Shown in pieces: positions 1 to 8,017 of a stretch of 64,000 nt of DNA. The DNA is taken from contig JBDRQD010000048.1 in NCBI GenBank assembly GCA_043826455.1, positions 128,001-192,000 of the forward strand. The letters run 5' to 3'. The translations under genes and the position numbers were made by a program. The notes below the pieces were generated by a model, which was not told where the DNA came from, made no database searches, and worked only from the letters and a program-made list of their open reading frames with translations. The first letter of the stretch is position 1. Each line of letters starts with the position of its first letter. The stretch is from Candidatus Bathyarchaeota archaeon. Lineage in GTDB: Archaea > Thermoproteota > Bathyarchaeia > TCS64.

Positions 1-899
1 ATCGTGTAGAAGATGGCTAGTATGCTGGCCACCATGAAGACGTAGCCCATGACCCTGTGGCTGGTCACCTCCTCAAGCCGGTCACCCAGGGTCTTCTCAG
101 GGACCACCACCTGGGTGCTCTCATCTGCCACGCGGCTGGCCAGGGCGTACCTCTCTGAGGCTATGACGCTCTGGATTTCGTGGCCGTGTATCTCCTCAAT
201 GAACCGGACGGCCTCCTCAACCCTGGTCCTAACCTCTGGCTGGTCACCGTAGACGAGGCCTATTATCTCCGCGTCCCCTTCAAGGAGCTTTATGGCCACC
301 CAGCGTCTCGGGTAAGAGGTCTCCACCTTGAGGCTGTCGCTTATCTCCTTGAGCCTGTCCTCAATCTCTGGGCCGTATACGGGGGGCCTAACAGGGGCTC
401 CCTCAGATGCCTCCACTGCCTTCGACATGAGGTCTGTTAGACCCGCCCCCTTCACCGCCACCGTGGGGACGACAGGGACACCTAGAAGGCTGCAAAGTGT
501 GTCGGGGTTTACTTTTATACCTCTGCTCTCGGCTACGTCAATCTGGTTGAGGGCCACAACCATCCTGGGCTCCAGCTCCATGAGCTGCACGGTGAAGGCC
601 AGGTTCCTCTCCAGGGCCCCCGCATCCACAACGTTGACTATGACGTCGGGGCGCTCCACGGCTATGTACTCCCGGCTCACCAGCTCCTCGATGCTGTAGG
701 TGCTGAGGCTGTAGATGCCTGGGAGGTCAACGACATCGATCTCTCTGCCCTCGAAGAACAGGGTGCCCTCAGCCCGTTCCACCGTCTTGCCGGGCCAGTT
801 GCCAACGTGCTGGTGGAGGCCCGTCAACTCGTTGAAGATGACGCTCTTCCCCACATTCGCGTTACCGGCTAACGCGACAACAATCTTCTTCCCGGACAA
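1..899 (-). CDS. feoB: Ferrous iron transporter FeoB, N-terminal part (runs off the window)
   Basis: Not in the ORF track. The minus strand reads TTG-SGKKIVVALAGNANVGKS...VGNWPGKTV...DLPGIYSL...ALNQID, the FeoB G1-G4 GTPase motifs. It lies directly downstream of a DtxR/FeoA gene. Confidence 0.93.
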   Translation of the reverse strand, partial: MSGKKIVVALAGNANVGKSVIFNELTGLHQHVGNWPGKTVERAEGTLFFEGREIDVVDLPGIYSLSTYSIEELVSREYIAVERPDVIVNVVDAGALERNLAFTVQLMELEPRMVVALNQIDVAESRGIKVNPDTLCSLLGVPVVPTVAVKGAGLTDLMSKAVEASEGAPVRPPVYGPEIEDRLKEISDSLKVETSYPRRWVAIKLLEGDAEIIGLVYGDQPEVRTRVEEAVRFIEEIHGHEIQSVIASERYALASRVADESTQVVVPEKTLGDRLEEVTSHRVMGYVFMVASILAIFYT

Positions 900-909
900 C
901 GCCTAAACC

Positions 910-1671
910 TCAGCTTTCCTGTCTTGGTGCGTGGTGGGGGCCGTGGGGGTGGCTGCGCTCCCAGGGTCTTCCATCCTCCTCTACTTGTACGAAGACCTGT
1001 GCTGCGAGGTGCCGGCCCAAGGCCAGGCTTGTGCCCCTTATCTCAATCTCTACTGGCCCCTTGAAGGGTGCAGCGTTCACCATCTTGACGTAGGTGTTTG
1101 GGGTGAGCCCCATGTCTATTAGGCGCTGGCACGCCTGTTTTCCGCCTCTCATGAAGGCGACTCTACCCTTTTCACCGGGCTTCAGGTTGGAGAGCTGGGT
1201 GATGAGGGGGTGCTCCTCCCCCGCCTCTACCCGCATCTCCTCGCACTCACTACAGCTTTGAACATCCAGGTTACACGGAGGAATAGGGTCATCATCGGGG
1301 CAGGTCTCAGGGTTGTTGAGGGCCTTGCAGAGGGCCGCCGCGGTCTCGTCGCTCATCCCGTGCTCCATCTTACAGGCCTCCCCGTGCACCTTGTCGTTGG
1401 GAAGTCCTAGGAAGTCGTGGAGGAACCTTTCCAGAAGCCTGTGTTTTCTCACCACTTTCTGGGCTAGAGCCATGCCTTTCCCTGTCAGAGTAGCCCCCTT
1501 GTAGGGCTTGTATTCTACAAGGCCCTCTTCTGAGAGGCGTTTGATCATCTGGGTGACGCTGGGGGGGCTCACCTTGAGCTTGTCCGATAGGTCCTGGTTC
1601 TTTGCTAGCTTACTTTTCTCGTTGAAGCTGTAGATGGCTTCCAGGTACTCCTCGACGCTCTCACTGCTCAA
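910..1671 (-). CDS. DtxR/MntR-family metal-dependent repressor with C-terminal FeoA domain
   Basis: EEYLEAIY, SPPSVTQMIKRL, RKHRLLERFL, EACKMEH; C-terminal RLIDMGLTP...APFKGPVEIEIRG (FeoA). Confidence 0.92.
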   Translation of the reverse strand: MSSESVEEYLEAIYSFNEKSKLAKNQDLSDKLKVSPPSVTQMIKRLSEEGLVEYKPYKGATLTGKGMALAQKVVRKHRLLERFLHDFLGLPNDKVHGEACKMEHGMSDETAAALCKALNNPETCPDDDPIPPCNLDVQSCSECEEMRVEAGEEHPLITQLSNLKPGEKGRVAFMRGGKQACQRLIDMGLTPNTYVKMVNAAPFKGPVEIEIRGTSLALGRHLAAQVFVQVEEDGRPWERSHPHGPHHAPRQES

Positions 1672-1680
1672 TCCGATCAG

Positions 1681-1700
1681 AATTTAGGTGAGCCTAAATT
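1681..1700. promoter_or_regulatory. DtxR/IdeR-type operator
   Basis: Inverted repeat AATTTAGG-TGAG-CCTAAATT resembling the DtxR box TTAGGTTAGCCTAA. It sits between the AT-rich TATA-like ATTTAAAT (1701-1708) and the regulator start. Confidence 0.85.
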
Positions 1701-1717
1701 ATTTAAATGTTTGTCTC

Positions 1718-2761
1718 TTATCCCAGAACGTAGCTGAATCTGGGGACGTTTTCTATGCCGCCTTCGGTGCGGAGGTCGGTGGTTTCATCGATGTCTTCGT
1801 CTTCGGTCATGGCTTCCAGGAGCTCGAAGTAGGGGTTCATGGTGTAGACTCCTGTTTTTCTCCAGGTCATCCACTCGTTGCTGAGGACGCCGTGGACGCT
1901 GGCCCAGCCTTCCGGGTGGAGCTCGTAGTAGAGCTGGCGGATGTCTTTGCGGCCTTCTTCTCGTAGGGTCTCCATGATCATGCGTCTGGCCTGGAACACG
2001 TTTATGTGTAGCTGTGGGACGTTGCGGTCCTGGTCCATGGGGTGCGTCTCCACGGCTGTGCGGGTGAGGCGTATTACGCTGTTCTTGGGTGGCTGGTATA
2101 CTCGGTCCATGTAGACGGCCATGTCGCGGAGGCCTCGGCGGCTGCTGACGAACATGGCCTCGTTCTCGCCTAGGGCGAGGTAGCAGGGCTGGTGCCAGTT
2201 GCAGATGGTTATTGTTTCGGGTTCGTCGGTGTGGATGGCTGCCAGGAGGAAGAAGCCTTCCAGCTTGGGTGCTATGGCTTGGAAGGCCTGGACCATGTTT
2301 TTACCGGTGGCGAGGGCGTCGCCTAGCATGTGGACGGCTACCTCGCTGTCGGTGATGTCGTCCACCTTCCCGCTGTGGCTCTTGAACTTGTGGGTCTTCT
2401 CCAGCTCCTTCCAGAGGTCCCGGTAGTTGGTGATGGTGCCGTTGTGCATCAGGGCGAGTTTGCCGTCGTCGCTGGTGAAGGGGTGGGCGTTCTCGTCCAG
2501 GTTGTAGTCGGGGTTGTCCCGGGCGTTGTCGCTGTACCTGCTGTGGGCGATGGCGCAGGTGCCCTTAACCTTGGTTATGTTGGGCTTGGCCTTCATGACG
2601 TGGGCGACGGGGCCGGCGCCCTTGACCACTGTGATTTTGCCTCCGTTGACGGCGGCGATGCCTGTGGCGTGTCCGCCGTAGAGGGCCTCCTGGTACTCCA
2701 GGGCGTCCAGGAGTAGGGGGGCGACGGGGCGTCTGCCCGTGTAGGCTGCTAGCTGGCACAT
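1718..2761 (-). CDS. Class II (Ntn) glutamine amidotransferase-like protein with unknown C-terminal domain
   Basis: N-terminal MC nucleophile, IAHSRY, NAHPF, HNGTITN, TDSEV; no SIS domain. Confidence 0.8.
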   Translation of the reverse strand: MCQLAAYTGRRPVAPLLLDALEYQEALYGGHATGIAAVNGGKITVVKGAGPVAHVMKAKPNITKVKGTCAIAHSRYSDNARDNPDYNLDENAHPFTSDDGKLALMHNGTITNYRDLWKELEKTHKFKSHSGKVDDITDSEVAVHMLGDALATGKNMVQAFQAIAPKLEGFFLLAAIHTDEPETITICNWHQPCYLALGENEAMFVSSRRGLRDMAVYMDRVYQPPKNSVIRLTRTAVETHPMDQDRNVPQLHINVFQARRMIMETLREEGRKDIRQLYYELHPEGWASVHGVLSNEWMTWRKTGVYTMNPYFELLEAMTEDEDIDETTDLRTEGGIENVPRFSYVLG

Positions 2762-2795
2762 GTCGGGTAATTTCTGTGGGTGGCCGGGTATAGAC

Positions 2796-2866
2796 TTTGC
2801 GGAGGGTGACAGCTGCAGGGTAGAATGTGAAGCGTTTTTTGGATTGGGTTTGGATAAATCCTGCTA
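2796..2866 (+). repeat. Imperfect direct repeat, copy 1 (partner at ~3560-3628)
   Basis: TGACAGCTGCAGGGTAGAATGTGAAGC vs TGACAGCTGCGTGGAAGAATGTGA-GC, with weaker similarity continuing on both sides. Confidence 0.65.
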
Positions 2867-2890
2867 GGTTTGTTTCAAGGAGGAGCTTTA

Positions 2891-3157
2891 TTAGCCGTCT
2901 TTCTTAGGCGCTAGTCCAGCTTTCCGTATCTTTGTCTTGATCTCCTCGGGCAGGGTCTTCCACACCTGTGGCATCTCATCCCAGTCAAGCATCTCCCACC
3001 ACTCGGGCTTGGATAGCACCAGCTTTCCTTCCAATATCTCGACCTTCAGTATCTCGTCGTCCCCGAAGGGAAATTCTGGGTCGTTGAGTAGCTCTTGTTT
3101 TAGGTATAGTCTTGCCCCGGACTTGTTGAAGTGTTTTAGCTGGGTTGTTGATATCAT
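2891..3157 (-). CDS. Small hypothetical protein, possibly AbrB/MazE-like swapped hairpin
   Basis: 88 aa; pattern G-RLYL----L----F---D-IL-V----GKLVL resembles the AbrB fold; lower GC. Confidence 0.5.
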   Translation of the reverse strand: MISTTQLKHFNKSGARLYLKQELLNDPEFPFGDDEILKVEILEGKLVLSKPEWWEMLDWDEMPQVWKTLPEEIKTKIRKAGLAPKKDG

Positions 3158-3272
3158 CCACGTCTCTCCATTGACTTAGCATTATAGTATATTTTTAAAT
3201 ATTATCTTTTTTTCCATAATATGCCCATTACTTAGTATTAAATATATTTATTTGTAAATATATGTTGCTGGT

Positions 3273-3533
3273 GTGGAAGTAGACGCCAAGATTATTAGTG
3301 GGGTGACCGCGGGGCTGCTGGCATTATATGAGGTCACGAACGGCTCGATCCATGCGCATGTTCCGGAGCCTGCTTTTAGAAGAAAACTTGGTAGAGATTA
3401 CAAGCAGCACTCCTCGAGGATACTTAAATGGTTTAAGAGATACGGTTTTGCTTACATTAATGGCGGCACGGATTCGTGGGCCATCACTCAGCAGGGGATT
3501 GATTTCCTGATGAAGCGGAAACTGGTGCCTTAG
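3273..3533 (+). CDS. Small basic hypothetical protein, possibly winged helix
   Basis: 86 aa ending W-IT--G--FL (wing-like); divergent from the previous ORF across an AT-rich spacer. Confidence 0.5.
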   Translation: MEVDAKIISGVTAGLLALYEVTNGSIHAHVPEPAFRRKLGRDYKQHSSRILKWFKRYGFAYINGGTDSWAITQQGIDFLMKRKLVP

Positions 3534-3559
3534 GGTTTCTGTGTCGGACGAGTTTAGTT

Positions 3560-3628
3560 TTTGTGGGAATGACAGCTGCGTGGAAGAATGTGAGCTTATT
3601 CGGGTTAGATTTAGATATTATTTAGCTA
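3560..3628 (+). repeat. Imperfect direct repeat, copy 2
   Basis: See copy 1; core TGACAGCTGC at 3570-3579. Confidence 0.65.
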
Positions 3629-3652
3629 ATTGGCTATTACTCGGGTTCAGTG

Positions 3653-4612
3653 TTAACCCATAATAATTTGGCTTAGCTTGTCTGCGTCGATGCTTCCACC
3701 TGTGAGAACGCAGACGGTTCTACCTCTTTCCTCTTTGGGGGTCGATAGCGCCGCTGCGAGGCTTATGGCTCCTGCTCCTTCGGCGACCAGCTTGTTCTCA
3801 AGGGCGAGGAACCGGATGGCCTTCTTTATCTCCTCCTCTGAGACCAGCACCACGTCGTCCAGTGTCTCCCTCACTAATTTCAGCATGTCCTCAGTGACAG
3901 GGTCGTTGATAGCGTCTGCGATGGTGTCTCTTGTCTCATGAGGGACAACCCGGTTCTGCCTCAGGCTCTCATAGAACCATGGAGAGAGCTCAGCGTTGAC
4001 TCCGATGACGCGTACGTTGGGGTTCAACGCTTTGGCTGCGAGGGCTATGCCGGAGGACACGAAGCCTACTCCCAGGGGAACGTAGATTGTCTCGGTTTCG
4101 GGTGCGTCCTCCATCACCTCGAGGCCGATGGTCCCGTGGCCGTCCAGTAGACGGAACTCGGCTAAGGGGTGGAGAAAACAGTAGTCGCTGGGCAGGTTGT
4201 CGAGGTACTCGAATAGCTCTTTCATGGACATCAATATGATCTCCATCCCGTACTTTCTGCAGGACTCGATCTTTGACCTGGGTGTGTGGTCCGGCATTAT
4301 TGCCCGTGAGGGTACGCCGTAGAGGTTGGCCGTGTATCCAAGTCCTTGGGACATGTTTCCTGCGCTCATGGTCGACAGTCCTCTCCTCCTTTCCTTTGCT
4401 GGCAGTTGAGATGCCCAGTTGTAGACTCCTCTGATCTTGTAGCTGCCTACGGGTTGCAGCATCTCGGGTTTAAGGAGTATCCCTGTGTCCTCCTCCCTGT
4501 ATCGTCTCAGCGGTATGAGGGGGGTGTGTAGTGCGACTCCTTTGATGCGCTCTGCCGCTTTTCTGAAATCTTTCAGGGTGGGTCTGTGAGAACTGGGAGC
4601 TGGATTGACCAT
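3653..4612 (-). CDS. PLP-dependent threonine/serine dehydratase family (fold type II)
   Basis: LKPEMLQPVGSYKIRG, SAGN, GHGTIGLE, EGAGA, TGGSID. Confidence 0.88.
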   Translation of the reverse strand: MVNPAPSSHRPTLKDFRKAAERIKGVALHTPLIPLRRYREEDTGILLKPEMLQPVGSYKIRGVYNWASQLPAKERRRGLSTMSAGNMSQGLGYTANLYGVPSRAIMPDHTPRSKIESCRKYGMEIILMSMKELFEYLDNLPSDYCFLHPLAEFRLLDGHGTIGLEVMEDAPETETIYVPLGVGFVSSGIALAAKALNPNVRVIGVNAELSPWFYESLRQNRVVPHETRDTIADAINDPVTEDMLKLVRETLDDVVLVSEEEIKKAIRFLALENKLVAEGAGAISLAAALSTPKEERGRTVCVLTGGSIDADKLSQIIMG

Positions 4613-4708
4613 GGAGATTAATGTTTGCTAAGTTTAATGATGTTTTCTGAGAAAGACCGTAGTGCGCCTCTCGGAGACCGAGAAAAGGTATCAATAGCGT
4701 CGGCTGCT

Positions 4709-5266
4709 CTAGCCGCGGGATAGAAGATGGTCGTTGACCCTGCTGTTCACCAGCTGGGGCGTGATGTCCATCATCATGGTGACTCCGCCCGAGTCCACCG
4801 ACACGGTCCTGTACCCCAGGTTCTCCCAAATCCTGCGCAGCGGCCTCCCCGCCTGATCGTACTCCTCCGTGGTGAACTTCACGGCCCTGTACCCGGCCTC
4901 CAGCAGGTAAACCATCTCCAGGACAGCCAGCACAGTGCCTACCCCCTTCCGCTCCACGAGGGTGGCCGAGCTGTCAGAGAAGTACACGCCCGGCTCCTCG
5001 TCCCGGTACCCGAAGTCGTATGCCACAGGCTCCCCGTCCAGCTCCACCATGAGGCAGAAGAACCCAGGCTTGTCCACCCTGGCCCGGAGCTCCTCGCCGG
5101 TGTACCAGAGCTCCGCCCTGAACTTGACGTGGTCGATGGCCGCGATCTTCTCCAGGAGCCCGTCGTCCAGGTGGGTGTGGGTCGAGATGCTGGCGTCCCC
5201 GCCTAGAGAGCCGCTGAGCCTCTTCTCAGCGTACATCACCACATCCCGGAGAGAAGGAGCCTGCAT
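4709..5266 (-). CDS. GNAT-family N-acetyltransferase-like protein
   Basis: ERKGVGT motif A, WENLGY; start chosen at MQAPS. Confidence 0.6.
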   Translation of the reverse strand: MQAPSLRDVVMYAEKRLSGSLGGDASISTHTHLDDGLLEKIAAIDHVKFRAELWYTGEELRARVDKPGFFCLMVELDGEPVAYDFGYRDEEPGVYFSDSSATLVERKGVGTVLAVLEMVYLLEAGYRAVKFTTEEYDQAGRPLRRIWENLGYRTVSVDSGGVTMMMDITPQLVNSRVNDHLLSRG

Positions 5267-5379
5267 ATTCCATATTTGCTTAACCGAAGATGATATCAAT
5301 TTATCGAGCAGCGAACACGGGCACAGGCCCCGCGAATGTATCCACCTAGCCAAGCTGGCTGTTAAAAGAAAAAGGGGGG

Positions 5380-5682
5380 TTAGATGCGCTCAACCTTGAA
5401 GATGACGGGCCGCACCCCGTCCGCGCAGCACGTCACCGAGGTCCCCTTCTCGCTGAAGAAGGGCAGGTCGCCCCCGTACCACAGGGTCCGGAGGTTGGGG
5501 TATATGGTCTGCCATGCGGAGCCGCAGAAGCCCTCAGGCATGGCCAGGCTGTCTAGGATGTACGTCTGGCCGTCCGTGTAGATGTCGCAGGGCTCCATCC
5601 AGTCCTGGCGCTCCACAGGGAGCTCCTCGAATATATCGTCGGGGTCAAGGCGCTTGACCACAGTTATCTTCAGCTTGGTCAT
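5380..5682 (-). CDS. TIGR04076-like small Cys-containing protein
   Basis: KLKITV, PC, PEGFCGSAW, CCADGVRPVIFKVERI. Confidence 0.75.
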   Translation of the reverse strand: MTKLKITVVKRLDPDDIFEELPVERQDWMEPCDIYTDGQTYILDSLAMPEGFCGSAWQTIYPNLRTLWYGGDLPFFSEKGTSVTCCADGVRPVIFKVERI

Positions 5683-5737
5683 TGCAATTAGGTATCTTGG
5701 GGCCAGCCATAAAAAACATGGGTTCCGCTGACCGAGC

Positions 5738-6769
5738 CTAGAGGCCCCACAGGACCCTGGGGACGGTGACGCCTCCCTCCGTCCTGTGCTTGACACTGCG
5801 CCTGATCCTGCCCCAACGGGCAAGCTGCTCCAGGGGCTCGAAGAGGTCGTTGGCGTCGCCGTAGCCCAGCCTTACCAGCGTCCTCCAGGCGTCCTGTTCG
5901 ACGCCGTAGGCTTCGCCGTAGCCTTTTCTGAGGAGGGGGATGAGGAGGTCGTAGCTGTCCAGCTCGCCCTTCTCCTCTAGTAGCCTCTTGACGTGGCTCT
6001 CGAAGATGGCGATGTCTAGGGTGAGGTCGGGGAAGCTTCTCCCGGCGTCCAGCTTGGTTATCTCTGCGTCTCCGGGGGTCAGCTTTATGAGGCTGTTGCT
6101 GGGGGCCCTGAAGACGTTGAACGCGTCTCTGAGGTGGCTGAAGCCGACCCTGCTGCTGGCGAACATGGACTCCCCGTCCCCGACTCCCAGGTAGCAGGGC
6201 TGGTTCCAGTTGGCTATGTAGACGGCGTTGGGCTCGCTGCTGGTCACGGCCCCCAGGAGGACCATGCCGGTGAGGCTGTTAGCTGTTGCGCGGAGCGCCT
6301 CCGCGAAGGCGGCGTCCTCCTTCACCTTGTCGCTGAGCATGTGGACCGCGACCTCGCTGTCGGTGATGTAGTTCAGCTCCTCCACCAGGCTCTCGAAGAC
6401 GTGACTCTTCTCCAGCCTCCTCCAGTGCTCCTCGAAGTTGCTGATTACTCCGTTGTGCATCAGCACAGCGGACCCGTCCTCGGTGAGCCAGGGGTGGGCG
6501 TTCTGAGCCAGGTTGCAGCGGCTGTCCTTGAGGGCGGCGGCGCTGTGCCTGCTGTGGGCTATGCCCGTGGACCCCTTCAGTGAAGCTATCTCTGTCTTCT
6601 TGACCACCTCGTCCCCGGGGCCGTTGTCCTTGATCAAACGTATCTTTCGGCGGTGGATGGTGGCTAGGTCGGTGGCGTGGGCCCCCAGGTACCCTTCCTG
6701 CAGTCGAAGGGACTCCAGGAGGATGGGGGCGGCGTCTCTGCTTCCTACGTAGGCTGCGAGCTGGCACAT
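5738..6769 (-). CDS. Class II glutamine amidotransferase-like protein, paralog of 1718-2761
   Basis: MCQLAAY, IAHSRH, NAHPW, HNGVISN, TDSEVAVHML; shared C-terminal RTEGG...VPR. Confidence 0.8.
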   Translation of the reverse strand: MCQLAAYVGSRDAAPILLESLRLQEGYLGAHATDLATIHRRKIRLIKDNGPGDEVVKKTEIASLKGSTGIAHSRHSAAALKDSRCNLAQNAHPWLTEDGSAVLMHNGVISNFEEHWRRLEKSHVFESLVEELNYITDSEVAVHMLSDKVKEDAAFAEALRATANSLTGMVLLGAVTSSEPNAVYIANWNQPCYLGVGDGESMFASSRVGFSHLRDAFNVFRAPSNSLIKLTPGDAEITKLDAGRSFPDLTLDIAIFESHVKRLLEEKGELDSYDLLIPLLRKGYGEAYGVEQDAWRTLVRLGYGDANDLFEPLEQLARWGRIRRSVKHRTEGGVTVPRVLWGL

Positions 6770-6812
6770 GCGGATAGGGAAAATTCAGGAAGCTATAAAC
6801 TATTGGTTGCCT

Positions 6813-6832
6813 TCCAGGGTGATCCAGCCCTT
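6813..6832 (+). repeat. 20-bp exact direct repeat of the ilvN 3' end (partner 7524-7543)
   Basis: TCCAGGGTGATCCAGCCCTT present at both positions. Confidence 0.85.
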
Positions 6833-7022
6833 TATCCGCTTAACGATCTTGGGTGCCCCCCGGTCGCCGGGGGTCAGCTTTCTCAGGGTACACGAGTATT
6901 TCACCGACCAACCACCCAACACAGTCGTTTAAAGAGACGCATATAAGTACACACATAGTAAACAGTTATGGCTACATAGGAATGATTATATCCACATACC
7001 ACACTCATATCTACTGATAGAA

Positions 7023-7298
7023 ATGGTTAAGACGTTAAAAGATAAACCCGCCAACTTCATCCCCTTTGTACGCAAAACAGGGAGAAAGCTCAGAGATGCC
7101 ATCATAATGTTCATTGACACCAAAGAATCCACCCTGGTAATAGAGAAAGACGAGATATCTATGTTCAAAGGCAAAACATACGATAACAAGGTATCAGTAT
7201 GCATCGGCTCAATCAAAAGGATACTCAGAAAGAGACAGAATGAATTCATAATAGGCACAAACCACGACAAGACCGAGATATACATAGTAAGAATTTAG
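7023..7298 (+). CDS. Hypothetical basic protein in low-GC segment
   Basis: 91-aa ORF with A-rich composition unlike its neighbours. Confidence 0.45.
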   Translation: MVKTLKDKPANFIPFVRKTGRKLRDAIIMFIDTKESTLVIEKDEISMFKGKTYDNKVSVCIGSIKRILRKRQNEFIIGTNHDKTEIYIVRI

Positions 7299-7519
7299 CC
7301 ACAATCCATCTCTTTTTAAGCACATAATACGCGCAGATGCGTAACCCCAAGTGGTTTACGTGACCTTTAGTACCTGTTTCTAGCCTATTCTAGGCATAAT
7401 AGGTTAATCTATACAGGGGCTCGATGATGTCTCTGAGCAATGCTGTGTATCTGCTAGGAACCTCAATTGGGACCGGCTTTGGCACTGGACGATGATAAAA
7501 GGGCGGCGGGCCCTCTGGC

Positions 7520-8017
7520 TTACTCCAGGGTGATCCAGCCCTTCTCTATGGCGGTGATGCCGGTGCGGGCCGCCTCTATTATGCCTATGTGCTTGACCTC
7601 CCTCATGAACTCGGTGATCTCGTTCACGGAGCCGGTGACCTCGGCTATTATGGTGTCCGGCTTTATGTCCAGTATCTGGCCCTTGTAGCGGTTGATGGTG
7701 GCCAGAGCCTCCTCCTGGGCCATGGGGTCAGCGGTGCTCAGCTTCACCAGGGCCAGGTCCCGCTGGACGGTGCGCAGCGGGTCCAGGCGCTTCACCTTGA
7801 TGACGTCCACCATCTTCTCTATCTGCTCGACGAGCTTGGTGATCTCGTGGGCGTCTCCGCGGACCGTGATGGTGATCCGGGTGGTGTCCACGTCCTCGCC
7901 GGCGATGGCGGTGATGCTGTGGATGTTGAAGCCCTTGCGCCTGAAGTTGTTGCTGATGTTGAAGAGCACGCCGGGCTTGTTCTCCACCATGAGGCTGATA
8001 ACGTTTAGGGGCGTCAC
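7520..8017 (-). CDS. ilvN: Acetolactate synthase regulatory subunit
   Basis: ACT domain ENKPGVL...FRRKGFNIHSI; RDLALVK; EAARTG. Confidence 0.93.
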   Translation of the reverse strand: MTPLNVISLMVENKPGVLFNISNNFRRKGFNIHSITAIAGEDVDTTRITITVRGDAHEITKLVEQIEKMVDVIKVKRLDPLRTVQRDLALVKLSTADPMAQEEALATINRYKGQILDIKPDTIIAEVTGSVNEITEFMREVKHIGIIEAARTGITAIEKGWITLE

